A stretch of 63,984 bases of DNA, the filler included, from Syncephalis fuscata S228 (Eukaryota > Fungi > Zoopagomycota), in NCBI GenBank assembly GCA_025786725.1. It is 5 parts of 5 records of this genome, joined end to end, with 100 filler letters (N's around TTAATTAATTAA, not from the genome) between each part and the next. Parts side by side here need not be neighbours in the genome. Positions count along the whole stretch, not along the records: positions 1 to 23,060 come from JAHLTZ010000140.1; 4 more parts are not named here. The stretch is one strand, 5' to 3'. This document shows positions 1-13,983 of the stretch, one piece after another. The notes under the pieces were generated by a model, which saw only the letters and a list, made by a program, of their open reading frames with translations, was not told the DNA's origin and searched no databases. The position numbers and the translations under genes are program-made. Numbering within the stretch: the stretch's first letter is position 1; each line of letters starts with the position of its first letter.

Positions 1-1154
1 ATACCATCAACAGTATGCTTCTTGGCCCAATAACGACGAATAACGTGTCTTAAAAATAATCGACATTTCTTCAAATAAAAGTGTAATGTGTTTTATTTTA
101 ATTATTGCATTTTTCTAATTGGCTTTAATATCTTTATTTACTTGTTAATCATCAATGATGTGTAAATGTTTGATTATACTAACAAAATTTGGCATGTTTT
201 AAACAATGTATATATACAAAAATCAAATTAAGGCAAGCTGAAAAGTAGTTTGGTAAATCGTTTCTAATATTTATTTAAATATTGATGATTTTTTACTATA
301 AATCATACACATAATGTAATACTAGTTTTTATTTATAATGATAAACAACACCAGCTAATCACTGGTCCAATACATATTATTGTGACATCATTAACCACTT
401 GATTTATATTATCGCGTTATCATATATGATGTTTCTTTCATAAATCAAATAACGCAAGCCTCTTTCTTTCGTAAACATTAAAAAACTACAATTAGATAGA
501 TAGATAAATAATAATAGATGGACAATAATAGATAGACAATAATAGCTGGTACCTTTAAGGACGACATCCCAAGAAATGCAGCCGTGCCACCATGTTAACT
601 TGGTTCACCAATACTAGGCAGCGTTTATATGGCAAACTTGTATTTTGCACCGTTGTTTATGTGATGTCTACACACATGACGGACCTGTGCACTACGATTC
701 CATTTCCTTGAACTTTACCATGTGCTATCACATTATTCATTGGCACCTTCGTATCACCATGTGTGCATCACTCAGTACGCATGGTAATGTTATGCACGCG
801 GCACTCATTTGCATGCTGTACGTGCCATTATACAGCAAGAGTCGTTTGCTTGCACCATTTCTTTCTCAATAATAACGCTTTCTTTTCTTCTACTATTGCT
901 TTTTCTTCGATTACCACTAATACTACAATTATACTACCTCTACACCATCTATCCCCCCCCTACACTACTTCAAAATAATACTACAACTAAGCCTAATACG
1001 ACATTTATTTCCTGTATCCTATCATGTTCATTGTAGCAATTGTATAGTATAAGAGATTTAGCAACAATTGCCCTATCATCCCATAGTTACACATAGTAAC
1101 GCTCCTTCCATATTCTCCCCCTACTCCTTATACCTTTGTCGATAGTTTGCGACC

Positions 1155-3676
1155 ATGGGGCAGGTACCCAGTCGAGGGCCATACGATTCAAATCGTCTAC
1201 TAGCGGCCCGCTCTCGGTCGCGCTCTCGCGGCTCTCTGCTGTCTAGGTCTTCATCGGCAGCTGTTACCGTAACTTCAAGTGGACCAGAGCAGGTACGCTC
1301 ATTTCTATCGGTCGACGAAGATTCGGATACTATTTTTGGCCGGCTAGACCGAGAAGAGAAGCGTGGTAACGAAATCTGGACCGAGCAGTCCATTTATGGA
1401 TCCATGACTGGTCATTCTGCAGCCACTGTTCCTACATCGCGCAATGGCTGTTGCAGCTACGGTGCACGATGCAGCCTGGCTTCGGCCAATCCAGCTGCAG
1501 CCGTAGATGGAAAAGCTTCAATGCCAGGCTACGAGAAGCCTGAAGGTACTCGATATCTTCAACACTCAAGTTACCATTGTGAGTGCTCTAACACCGACGA
1601 CCGTCCACGTCGTTCTACCCTACCAGGACTATCCTCGTCTTCATCTTCATCCTCCGCCAATACAGCGTTACCCGGTCGATGCCTAATGCGTCCACCTGCT
1701 GTGACGGCTGAACCATATCGAATGGATCTCACAGAAAGCTCAAACCGTAACCCACGCAACCGTCTTCGTAAGATGGCCAGTCTAGCAAGCAGTTTGCGCA
1801 GCTTTGCCATGGGTAAACGATCAACACCCAGTGTGCGTAGTGAGCGCAGCATGGATAGTATTACATCGGATTCATGTGAAGGTCACTCTACACCTACAAA
1901 GGATCCCTCGTCTGGGCTTGTAGTAGTAACGACACCGACACCTATCTACTCCGCTAATGGTTCGGCAAGTAGCTTTGTTGTATCGGCAAATCATGTCGAT
2001 GCTACATGTACCAGTGAGCTTTCTACAATGTGTGCTAGTCCCGTTGATTGGCAGTCTTCAAGTCATGTCCGTTCTTCTTCGTCTAATACTGCTACAACTT
2101 CGTTTCCGTTTACCGATGTGCTTGAATATGTGCCTGTAAGACGGGGTAGTGTTCAGGAAATGCCATTACGCAAAAAGCGTTCAATTATTGGCAGTTTTCA
2201 ACGACGTTCACCAAAAGACAGTTCACAAATGGGCATTGCCACTGATATTGGTGCAATGAAATCATGTCCGCTTGTGGCCAGTGCATCGTATGATCCAACG
2301 ATGCAGTGTACTACTCGACAAAATTCAATATCGGCTGATGGTAAAGGCTCCAAATCCAGGCCAAAACTAAACATTATTACTGAACTAAATCCAAATGTTG
2401 GTGCAGCTCAAAAGTCCAGTTCACTGGTTCAGTTTCATTGGGTGCAGGGCCGACGGCGCTGTGATTTTGGTCAAGGTGCCTCGGAAATGCTTCCTGGTGA
2501 TCAGGACGACGTTGATTAGTAAGTAGTAATTAGTCGCAATGTTGTATAATACTTACATTTATTTAGTGCCGATCATTTACATGACATTATCTGGTTTATT
2601 GCACGTCGTAACTACTTTGCTCCTTTATTGTATCCAAAACGTGTTCTAGACATTGGCTGTGGCAGTGGGACGTGGATGCGCGTAAGTAACATTATAATGT
2701 ATAGGCATTAAATAATTAACTGACATTTATATAACAATAGGAAATGGCTACAAGCTTTCCTAAAAGCCAATTTACCGGCATCGATTTAGTCGATGTATTT
2801 GCGCGTGATCGTGCTCCTAAAAACTGTCGCTTCCAACTGGCCAATATACTTGATGGCATGCCTTCTTTAGCGGCAAACCATTTTGATTATATTCACCAGC
2901 GAATGCTTGTATTTAATATTCCAACCGATAGCTACTCAAACGTATTTGCCGAATACCATCGTCTATTACGACCCGGAGGCTTCCTTGAGCTGATGGAGTG
3001 TGATATGCAACTACAGCCTGCCGGTCCAGTGGGCACACGTCTTAATGCTATGTTACAGATGGTGTGCAACTCGCGTGGTATCAATCTAGATCATGCTGCT
3101 TCGCTAGATCAGTCTATTACCTCTGCTGGTCTACACTGTATCGGTAGAGAAGTACTGCATGTGCCGGTTGGCGCATGGGCCGGCGTAACAGGCGAGATTG
3201 TGGCACGAGTACTTCTTGGCCAAATATTTTCTAATTTTGAAGACTCCTTTTTACGTCTGGGTTTACTTGAAGATTCATCAAAGTTATTTAGCACTGATGC
3301 TACTTTTAATACTAACAATAACAAAAGCGATTTTAGCTCAACAACCTATAAAGACAGTAGCGATTTTGGCCTAAGTACAGAAAGCTGGGCCATGCCTGAT
3401 ATGATGACAGCGGCAACACCAGGAACGTGTCCAACGTCATCAACAGACATATGTGCTACAGCGTTGTCCGGAATGACGCTACATACTGTTTCAGAGGAAT
3501 CATCGTTAACTTCGGCAAATTCCGAGTCATCTTCACATATGCCTCAACGTATTCGCTGGGATGCCGAATCACGAGCCGCCAATCTTGCCGATTTACTTGC
3601 TCGTTTCACCAAAGAAGTTGACGATCGACAAACTCATTTATTAATGCATGTTTTTGTAGCACAGAAAAAGGCATAG
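1155..3676 (+). CDS. LaeA/TAM-like class I SAM-dependent methyltransferase with long Ser-rich N-terminal extension (exons 1155-2518, 2567-2681, 2741-3676)
   Basis: GT-AG introns 2519-2566 and 2682-2740 join the ORFs in frame. Exon 2 encodes RVLDIGCGSGTWMR (motif I), followed by FTGIDL, FDYIHQR and LLRPGGFLELME. Upstream WVQGRR..LPGDQDDVD resembles the LaeA-family GRRY..LP.DE.E.DR motif. Confidence 0.9.
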
Positions 3677-4946
3677 TATATTATGTGCTTCTGCAAAGCC
3701 CCAACACCTACTTTTTAGAAAATTGTTTTTTTACACTATTGCTATTGCTATGGATTTCAAACCTTGTTTAATTTCATATTCATTTATTAACTATTCATAC
3801 TCGATGACTTACTTTTAATGTCGTTCATCTTTATTGTTATTAATCTCATTTTGAGTATTTGAATTTCGATAGTAGCATTTTACACCGGCTATCATTGTTC
3901 ATTCTTGTTATCATGCTCATGTTAATATTATTACAAGTTGACACAGCCTTTAAGGCCATGCAATTTGTTTAAATAAATATACTCTGCACAATAATTAATA
4001 TTTTAGGTGCATTATAAAACAATTTGAAACTATGTACAAATTACATTGTCTCCCATAGTAGTGGTTCATCAGATTGCAATATCTAATGAAGATTTTTTAA
4101 ACAAATTTAATTTTAATTGATTAGTGTTTATATATAATTTCAATAGAAAGAGGTATCACTACTGATAGTAGAACAAATTCAGCAAATAGAATATTGGCAA
4201 ACATATTTAAAGCAATCGATTGCTATCGACAATAGTTGGTATACTTGCTATAAAAACGCAAGTAAATGTTTTAATTGTAGCTATAGCAATGCATAATAAA
4301 TGTATTTACTTATTCCGGAAGTTCTAGAGTAATATCAGCATGCATTATACTGTCAAATATCCGTTTTTTCAAAAATAGATGCAAAAAGATTATAATTAGA
4401 CACACGAGGAAAAGTGAATAATTATTGTTTTCACGCTTAAGCTTGACAAGATACTAATCACATTTGACTTATACATCGAAATATAATGTATGTTTTTGAC
4501 AGCCATTATATTGTGAATTCGTATTGTATTATAGCTTGGACGCTCAAGTATGGCGTGTAGCTTACGCTCTGATTTGATAGCCATTAGATTGGCCAATATT
4601 TGAATTTACAGTTGTTATAAATTAGCCAGTATATATAAATTCAATTGAATCACTAAACTTATTAGTCATTTTTTTTAAAAAAACACGTAGTTTTTCTTTA
4701 ATAAAAAAGTTGAATTTGCCACCAACAAAAATAGTCGCTATTTTTCTGTGATGTGTGGCAAGATAAGATTAAAAGAATATTAATAATAACGACTTCTAGT
4801 GTTCAATGATTTTACTGTTATTTAACTTTACTACTATACTTATTATTTTTTATAATAATATAGTATATGCGTTTACTTGTGTGTGGTATTATAATTGTAG
4901 GAATGTGTAAAGTGTAGAAAGTTTTAGACCAATTTTAGTATGCACC

Positions 4947-5960
4947 ATGTCATTGAACATTACTTTGTGCAATCCAAATATCAATGCAGCCTTTTCGCCA
5001 AAAATTTCATCTAAATTATTTATTACGGCCTCATACAAAACAATTGCTACTGAATTTATTACACGTATAGCAGCGGGGACATCAAACGACGCAAGAAATC
5101 CCAGGACATCAAATGATGATTATAAACTTAATTTATTTGTTATTGGAAACTTTAAACCGCTTATCGATGCAATGAATTCTAGAAAGCCATTTGATTTAGC
5201 TAAAATCGACTTTGAATATCGTATTACTATCAGTAGCAAAACTGATGTTAGGATTAAATTTCTTAAAAAAATAAAAAAATTAATGGTGAAAGTGAATTTA
5301 TATACGATTTCTGGTTATAAACAATCTAACAATAAAGAAAACTTGGCGACATCACAATTGTTTCTCGCAATAAATCATCACATGATATGAGTGGTACATA
5401 GCGAAGAAAAAAGACTTATACCGTCCTTCTAATTTGCTTCATGTTGTTAGCGTTGTTGGCGAAATCTTAGCTTTTGTTTTCATCATACACACCTTACTTT
5501 TCAGTCAGCGTCGCCTTTGACCTTGGGAAATTATCCAACGGTATTTTGTACGTAACGAAATACTTAGTACTATGCCGCAGTTCATGAAAGGCATGAAATC
5601 TACCAGTCAACCCAAATCTAAGCAAGCTACAACTATAGATATAGAGTTTTATATGCGTCAAATCTACAGAAACAAAATACTTATTACGGCCACCAAAATT
5701 ATAGAATTATTACGTCAACAAGTATCATTAAATGGCAGTATAGCACCATATGTACCACCAATGATAGTTGATGAGAAGCAGTAAAATTATTTGCCACACT
5801 TTTTTTTGAAGATGAAATTTATGAACTTGAAACAATATTGACTACAAAAACTATAAAACACAAAATTACAAGGCACAAACAGAAGCACAAATGAAAGCAC
5901 AAGTAGAACAACTTGAACTGGCATCACGACGACTTGCAGCACTTAAGGATAAATAATATC
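4947..5960 (+). pseudogene. Degenerate coding-like relic, possibly transposon-derived
   Basis: Broken run of same-strand ORFs (4947-5390, 5572-5784) in repeat-rich intergenic DNA, with no clear splice pattern and no recognisable domain. Confidence 0.25.
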
Positions 5961-6390
5961 CAGACAACCCAATATTACGTTAAATGAACTAATAAGTGAT
6001 AATAACAATGGTAATAGTGGTAGTAATTTATTAAATTGTTTGATGGCCCAAAATAATAATTTTTTAAAGCTCATTTAACTAAGTTGGAAGCATTTCAACA
6101 TCGATTGGGAGCATTTTACCTGGACCCTGATCTGTTTAAAAATGATTAATTTATATATTTGGAGTTATTTTACTTTCACATTTTTTATTTACTCATTTCA
6201 CTTTCTTTTTCTTAATATTTTTAAATACAATTAAACATCTATTCATCACTATAACATGTATAATATTACATCCAACATTAATTAATTTATGTGTAATTAT
6301 CAATACAATAATGTAATTAATTAGTTATCTTTATTATTGCTTTAATATATATATATTGTTATTTATGATATTGATTGTTCAAAATGCCAT

Positions 6391-6810
6391 TTATTTAGTC
6401 AGATTGGCTATAGGAAAAGTGACTGTTTAATAAACTACTTTTTATAATAGTTATATTAATCTTGAGTTTACATCACAAATATGCCCAAAATGCAATAGTA
6501 GAATAGTAGAAAATAAAAGAGACCATTCAGATGTAATAATCCATATTGTACGTAGATGCAACAACAACAAATGCGGAATGACATGGAAGCACAATCATAT
6601 AGCTTCTATTAACATCTAATCAAGCTTTTTATACATGGCTAACAACAATAATAGTTGACCTCAATGTTTCAATGAATTTAAATAGTATGCTACATTCTTT
6701 AAATTAATAACAATATTTTAATAAAGAGTAATATAACTATGTTGTGCACAACAACGACATGACTCTGATTGGAACGAATTTTACTTTGGGAATTCAAGAT
6801 GCAGAAGTCA
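6391..6810 (+). repeat. Dispersed repeat family A, copy 1
   Basis: ttatttagtcagattggctataggaaaagt...ttttactttgggaattcaagatgcagaag matches the reverse complement of ~17480-17909 and, in part, 13700-13880. Confidence 0.85.
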
Positions 6811-6997
6811 CGCTGTTATGTATAACATAATTATATCACTTTTTATTAAAATATTATACATGCTATGTATTATTCCATTTTTAGCTTTTAACTTTTAGTA
6901 CTTGTTAATTGAGTTAAATAAAATGCTGCATCATATAAAATATTGTGTGGTATTTAGCATTATTATACAATCTAATTAAATTTATTAATTAGTATAG

Positions 6998-7315
6998 TGT
7001 AGTGCGGTTATGTCGGTACCTAAGCCCAGTACCTGGGCCTCTGGGATATCACCCATGGCGGTATGAGTTCCGTGGACGTTCGCTTCTATTGCTTGATTTG
7101 ATAAACAAAATCCCTCTACTCAGAAGGGCAAGCACTGTAGGTATTCTCTTACAGATGCTCGAATCTGCCTAACTAGAACGCTACGTAACTTTTTAACACT
7201 TGATACAAAATAAAATACAATTCAAAAAGCTTCTTCTTTATTCAAAAGTGTGTTCTGAATCCTCTTATTATGCATCAAAGATACAGCAAACACAACACGG
7301 CAATGCCGAGCTACA
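6998..7315. mobile_element. Solo-LTR-like element (~318 bp)
   Basis: GC-richer island bounded by TGTAGTGCGG...CCGAGCTACA (TG...CA with imperfect terminal inverted repeat) and containing AATAAA. No matching TSD seen. Confidence 0.5.
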
Positions 7316-7379
7316 TGATCACATTGTCATCAAAGGCTATAATTGTCATTCTTTCATCAAGTAGTCATTTTTTTTCCAC

Positions 7380-8270
7380 AATAATATGATTTGTGACTAA
7401 AATGACTATTTTTAATAACATTCAATCTATTTAACATGATGATGATGGGTGGTGAGGGACATCAGTCATCAAATACTGATCATTATAGATTTATTATCCA
7501 ATATGCATATATCAGCACAATATGTGTTAATACTATGTATACCCGTCACTTTGTTTGCTTAACATTAAAATTATAACTAATTGACATGGTTTAGTTTGTT
7601 TATAAATAATTTTAATAAAACATAACTCTGTTCATATTCATATTATTTGTTTTACCAATATAACTCAGTGAACAGGCTAAGTGCGATATGTCAATTTTCA
7701 TTAATAAAAGAGTCGGAACCATACCGACAACGGCCATAGACAGCGTATAGCCAATATATAATAAAATGGTAAATATTATAATGAATACGCAATATTGAAC
7801 GAGATTAGCAATGTTCAAGTTATTGAACATATATGCATAAGTAAATGGTCAATATTAGTTGAATTTATTAATAATAGTTCTAGAACAAAAATAAAACAGT
7901 TTTGGATAGAGAAAGTCTAGACGAGTATAAGATGCTATATAAATTGATAAATGTACGGTAAGAAAACATATAAACCAATGTTAAAGGTACAGTGTGTATA
8001 GTGCAATGAATGGAATGAGTAAATTATATTGAAACATATCAACAATAGAATGTGTCTAGTATATTGTATGCTGATACATAGTAGTGTGGGACAGAATGGG
8101 AATGATATATGTATACTGAATATATGCATACTGGATAACGAATCTATAATGATGAGTATTTTGATGACTGATGTCACTCATCACCCATCATCATGTTCAA
8201 TAGATTGGATGTTATTAAATATTAGTCATTTAACACCAAATCATACTGAATGGCTAATAAATTGTTTAAT
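7380..8270. mobile_element. MITE-like non-autonomous element, family B, copy 1
   Basis: ~7400-7515 is an imperfect inverted repeat of ~8120-8235. The whole unit recurs in opposite orientation at ~59780-60930. Confidence 0.7.
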
Positions 8271-8952
8271 GTAAAAAGATTATTTTTATTTAATAAATAG
8301 ATAATGTAATATATATAATTCATAAATTAAATGGCATTGTACATAAAAAGACTATGAACAAATTGAAATACCAATGAGTGAATTGTTCAAGTGGTGAAAT
8401 ACAAGAAAGAATAAAAATCAATAGCATAAAAGCAAATATATTCATAAAACAATGTCATTAGTAAAATAAGAAGGATGGATATCAATGCATAAACAAATGT
8501 CATTATCATAGAACATAATATTACAGTTGCCAACTCTAAACTTTTAAGCATTAGATTCAGTATATAAGCAGCAGCTTTTATTGTAAATGATGATTTAAAC
8601 ACAAATTAATCTAATCAGCTCGTCAACTATTTAAATCACTACAATCGATTGCGTAAAATAATTTACTACCCTGGGGGATTAAAGTAGATAGTTAATTAAA
8701 AACATTTATACATTACAATATCAATGTTAATTAACATTGAAATAATCAACCGTTTACATTTCGTGGCAGTTATACTGCAAAGCGATTAACATGAAAAACG
8801 CATAGTACATTCTTTAAATCCGCCATTATACTGCAAATAGGTGCAAGTATAACAGCATGTTGTTGAAGAAACAAAGGCTATCCGAGCAATGAAATAAAGC
8901 AAACATATCTTAGAGTGAGTAATTAAGTAATTGTGTTGTCAAACATAATCCT

Positions 8953-10420
8953 TTAAGGCTTCTGGCCATAAAAGTAATAAGCATGAACAAGCGTTCTATG
9001 CTCATCGCAGTCTTGCCATAGCTCGTCGAGAAGCTTGTCGTATTCCTCTTCCGATGAAACGACACCAATAATAGCGGCCAATTTTTTCAGGCTACGTAAT
9101 GCCTCATCGATATTGTTGCGCATCATACGACCAGAAATGCCAGCCCATTCGCCCACGGGAAATTCTACAATGCGCGCCTGAATCTCTATGTAGCCAGCTC
9201 GTTTCATTAGTTTGTCAAGACGACGAATAATGGAAAGATCAAGGCCACGATAAGCAAAACACTGCTCGACAATCTTATTTACGCGATAGCCGATATCACC
9301 GACATTCTGAAAGCTGAAGTCGGTATCAGCCAGCTCGAGAAAACCGCCAGACTGTGTAATGCGAAACAGTTCGCCTACATGTGTTGGCCAGAAAGACGCG
9401 GGGATGGCACCACTCATCAAGCGTTGGTGAACAAAGTCGTAGCGATTCGAAGAGAATGACAATCCTAATATAGCAAATAAAAGGTAAATAATCGAGTATA
9501 TATCATTTATATTAGTTGTATTTACCTTCCAGTATATTTCCCAATTCAAAAGCACAATTGTTTGGCATGTCTGTTTGCATAAAAATGTCGGCAATATCAA
9601 CGCCAATTAGGCTGGCCTTTGGATAATCGCGCGCCACTTCCTTCATCCACATACCGGTGCCACAGCCCACGTCTAAAATCCGTTTTGGGTCGTTGACTGG
9701 CGCGAGGTATGTGCGACGAAGTACATAGCGAATAATGTTGTGCTGCGTATTGAGTCTATCCGTTTCATCAAGATCTGTAGGCCATAAATAATTGGCCATA
9801 TCTTCATTTAGCATACGGCGGCCATCTTGCCAAATGTATTTAGCTGGCACAATGCTTGTTGAGCTATTGGAACCTGTTGTACTATGGTCATTGTTGTCGG
9901 ATTTAATCAGCTTAGGATAGCAGTTTTCGTGGCCGAAAGAACCGCCTTCGCTATGACTACGCATCATACCATTAGAAAAATCGTTGGCACTACTGTAACT
10001 ATTGCTATGCGTGTGCGGCCCCTTTACTTGACAAGGAACGTAGTTGGTATCAAGTAGTGCATGGGCGACACAATCTGCACATCCACCGCAGTGCACGAAA
10101 CCATTGGAAAACTTTTGAATATGTTCGCCAATATTTGCGGTCATTTGGTCCATACTACGATTATTGTGGACGTGTGCGGATGTTAAATCAACGCTTAAAC
10201 CAAGATGCGATTTATTGCGTCGTATTCCCGGAATACTTTGTAGAAATTTAGAACCTTTCTTGGTTCCAGGATCAGCTGTAGGAAGTACTTCATGCTGCAG
10301 CTGTTGCATACACAATGGTGATGGGCGTCGATGCTGATGAGGCTGTCGACGGCAAGCATGCTTTCGCGCAGCTTTTGAATCACTTGCCGTGCTTTTACGT
10401 GATGATGTAGTATTGCCCAT
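8953..10420 (-). CDS. LaeA/TAM-like SAM-dependent methyltransferase (2 exons, intron 9465-9525)
   Basis: WQDGRR..YLWPTDLDETDRL, RILDVGCGTGMW, IGVDI, YDFVHQR and GGFLELAD motifs. The GT-AG intron joins the two ORFs in frame. Confidence 0.92.
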
Positions 10421-13364
10421 GATGTTTGTCGCTCACTTATTAATCTTTTTTTCTCTTTCTCTTGTTTCTTCTATTGCTACACAGCGGGGTCAGAAAAGCG
10501 GGGAAAGAACAAGTCGGATTGAACTGAGCCGGTAAATAAGCGGGCGATCAATAACACCAGAAATACGCAATTCAAGCCACAGTCGTACACAATAGGAAGC
10601 TGACGTCTAGCGCCGAACCGGTACTGTTCTTAGTAAAGATTGATATCACGTGCCAAACCAGCTGTATTACGCTGGAACGTAATTGTCTATAGGAATAAAA
10701 AGCAGTGCTGCTGTATAGTGAAGGATAATATTAAACGCCTAATCAAATGTTATACCAAAATTTAGTATCTATAGACTGTTTATTCAAGCGGACAAGAACG
10801 AGGTTCAAATATCAAAATCAAAAGTCGTTACTCGATAGGCAAGGCGTAATAATGCTCAACCAGTTTTGGTACCAAAATAAATGTCAGCTGAATTGACCAG
10901 CATGCCGACTTTGGTTTATTGTATCACCATCACGTCCACCACAGACCATGAACGAAGAAATAAACCATCAAAAAGTACTTACCCGTGCGTATTTAAAAGA
11001 ATATAGTCGGATATTATATAGCTATTGTTGCTATTTAAGTAGCGGCTACGTAAAATGAGAACTACAATCTAACGCTTGATTGAGAGCACAGTATTGAGTC
11101 GTTATATAGTGTGAGAGGAGAGTAAACGGGAATAAACGAAAAATAATAGCGTTAAGGCGTGTAACGGTTAGGTTCAATAAAAGGCGCCGAGAAAATGAAG
11201 TAAGAAGCAGGCCAAGGAGCGCAACGTTAAGCTCTGGCCGTAAATATCTGAAAAAAAGTTAGTAGGATGATGGAGACGGAATAATACTGGTGTAACAAAT
11301 ATCTTGAAACGACGGCAAGTTTCGTGTAGGATATTTGTTTGGAGAATTAGGAAAATAGAAACGAGAAAGATAGAAAGAGTGGGAAATAGAGCGATAGATA
11401 GAAGAAGAGGAAGAAAAGAATACGCAGTATATCAACGTATAGTTGGACAAATAGTGCCAATGCTATTGGTGCCGATAATAATAGCAGTACTAATCGTAAT
11501 GGTAATAAAAATGGAATGATTGGCGATGGCAAAAGAAAACATCCGAATGCAAGACGGCGTCCGCGTGTCTATTTTAACCATGTTCTCGTCCTAAACAACT
11601 ACAAAATGCCGCATTGTTCATTCATTGGACCCATTAGGGTAACGAGCTGATACTGATTACGAGGATGGTCGGCGATGGCAGCAATAACAGAAATGGAAAT
11701 GCATGAGCAGCAGCAGCAGCATTTGTAGGCCATGTACTATTCAGCTGCACACAGCAGTGTAATGCATGTGCCGTCCATTCGTTGGTCTATTGCTTCTGAC
11801 ATCTTTGATTTCGTCGTTTGATTTGTACGCAAAAGGCGGAGGCACTAACGTGTGCCAATACGCGTTTCGTATGCATGCGGACCAGTTTTGCTGAAAAAAA
11901 TTCCTAGCATGTGCCCCTTGTGGCCTTGGGTGCGACTGTTTTCCCTCTTCACTTGCTTGCTCGCTACTACTCACTTGCTAGTGTTGTACTGCTTTGGCCG
12001 CTAAATGATAATAAAATGACATGATAGGCCTAAAGGGTCGAGTTAAAAGCTTAGTTGGGACCGCTGAGTGTTTATTTGACGATTTCAGTGAAGTATACAC
12101 GTGCACATTGCTTTCATGCAACCAAAAAAACGATGTCTTGCGCGATTGGTAAATTTTATTAGACACGCTTCACGGACGTGCGTGGTTGGCCTTACTCACC
12201 CGTGCTTACAGACCAACGACGTCATTGTCGTAACGGTGCATGAGCGTGGGCAGACAAATAGAAAATACTGGGTCTCAAAAAGCAGTATTTCATGACCACT
12301 TTGATCTTAGCAGAAGGCCTTGTTCGTAAGTTTTTCATTTAATAGTACATTAACCATAAACAACTTGTTACAGAAAATATTTATATTATAGATAATGTTT
12401 ATTTGTCCACAAGGGGCTCGTATACAATACATCGATTCTAATCGCGATAGCATTGCTTAAAGCATTGTTTAGCAAGTGGAGTACTACCGATAAAGCAATA
12501 ACAAACTCTTCTGAGGTTGCACGGTTATACAGTAACCCGTAATGGCAAAAACAGACGCTATAGATTTATGTTAGTACTATTAATCTGTTTTAAAACTGTT
12601 GCTATCCTTTTTTCAATTTTTCATATTGATTAAACCTTTTGTTTTTTGTATCGTATTTAAAACACTCTTGCTTGATGTTACACCAGTTGTACCAGTATTT
12701 AACTTATGGTCTAATAGAAATCATAATGTAATAAATACAATAACACATGGTTACTGTATTTTATTTCATAGTAATAATTACATGGGGCACAATGAGTGAA
12801 AGAAAAGATTTAAAATTTAAGTTTACAATTACATCTTTAGTATAGCTGGCCAAATAAAATGAAAAACATATGCTAAGTGCGCAACATCTACGTAAATTAA
12901 ACGTTATTCAATAGTTATAGCACAATATAATGATAAACTAATAATAATAAACTGCTTACTGTAAAGCTATGCCATGCTAATAAAGCAGCCACTAATAAAG
13001 CTATTGCTGTAGTAGATATGGTTGTTTTTCACGCCTATTCTAGCCATTACTACAAAACTATTTTATTTTATGTTTCCAGCTTCAAGATGGAAACAAAAAA
13101 ATTATAACTTAATAATAAACGTCCATCGGTTTTTAACACTGAGAAGTGTCATTTGTTGAAGCATCACTATGTCAACTCCGTTTGAATTAGTTGAAGTTGA
13201 GCCAGTCTGTACTATTTTCAATATTCGATATTAGAGTTAATAGATGTTAAATAGCATTTTCATGTTACTTACAATAAAATATAATAAACAGATAAATGTT
13301 AATCCATATTATTGTTGCAGTAAGTATTCAAAGCATTATAATTTGATATTTAATGTCATTTACT

Positions 13365-13440
13365 ATTCTTCATCATGTTCAATAGATTGGATGTTATTAA
13401 ATAGCCACTTTAACCACAAATCATATTAAATGGCTAACAG
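13365..13440. repeat. Fragment of family B terminal repeat
   Basis: catcatgttcaatagattggatgttattaaata...aaatcata matches 8190-8250. Confidence 0.75.
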
Positions 13441-13699
13441 ATTCAACTAAATTGTATAATAATGTTAAATGATACACTATTTTATACAATGATGCAGTTT
13501 ATTTAATTCAATTAGCAAGTACTAAATTAAAGTTAAAAACGAAATGCTACATAGCATGTATATATTAGTGCAACAACACTAGCACAATCAAATAAAACAA
13601 TTGACTAAATAATTGCTAATATCATTACTAAAATAGCTAATGTGGTTGTAATTGTAGTAAATGTAGCTCATTGTAATATGTTAATATTTAGTCAATTTT

Positions 13700-13880
13700 T
13701 CTACACATGACGAACAATAACAATCAACCTCAAATGTTCCAAAGAAATCAAACAGTATGTTACATTATTTATTTAAATTAATTTATTAATAATATTTTAA
13801 TAGAAAGTAATATAATTATGTTGTGCATAACAATGGCATGACTTCAATTGAAATAAAACTTTGCTTTGGGGACTTGAAAT
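13700..13880 (+). repeat. Dispersed repeat family A, partial copy
   Basis: Aligns by eye to ~6640-6800 (aacaataa..cctcaaatgtt...tatgttgtgca.aacaa.g.catgact...ctttggg). Confidence 0.75.
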
Positions 13881-13983
13881 AGGCGGCGCAAAGTAAAATT
13901 CATTCATTATCATTATGATGATGGTTAAAAATAGCAGACTTGTTTGTCGCCTATTTCAATAACTAACCATAGTATTAGCCACC

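Noticed and set aside
7612-8602. Short hydrophobic ORFs here and at 59823-60698
   Set aside because: They fall in or beside AT-rich MITE-like repeats and have no coding signature.
10500-12300. GC-richer region with short ORFs upstream of methyltransferase 2
   Set aside because: No coherent exon chain or RNA gene recognised; probably a long leader or promoter.
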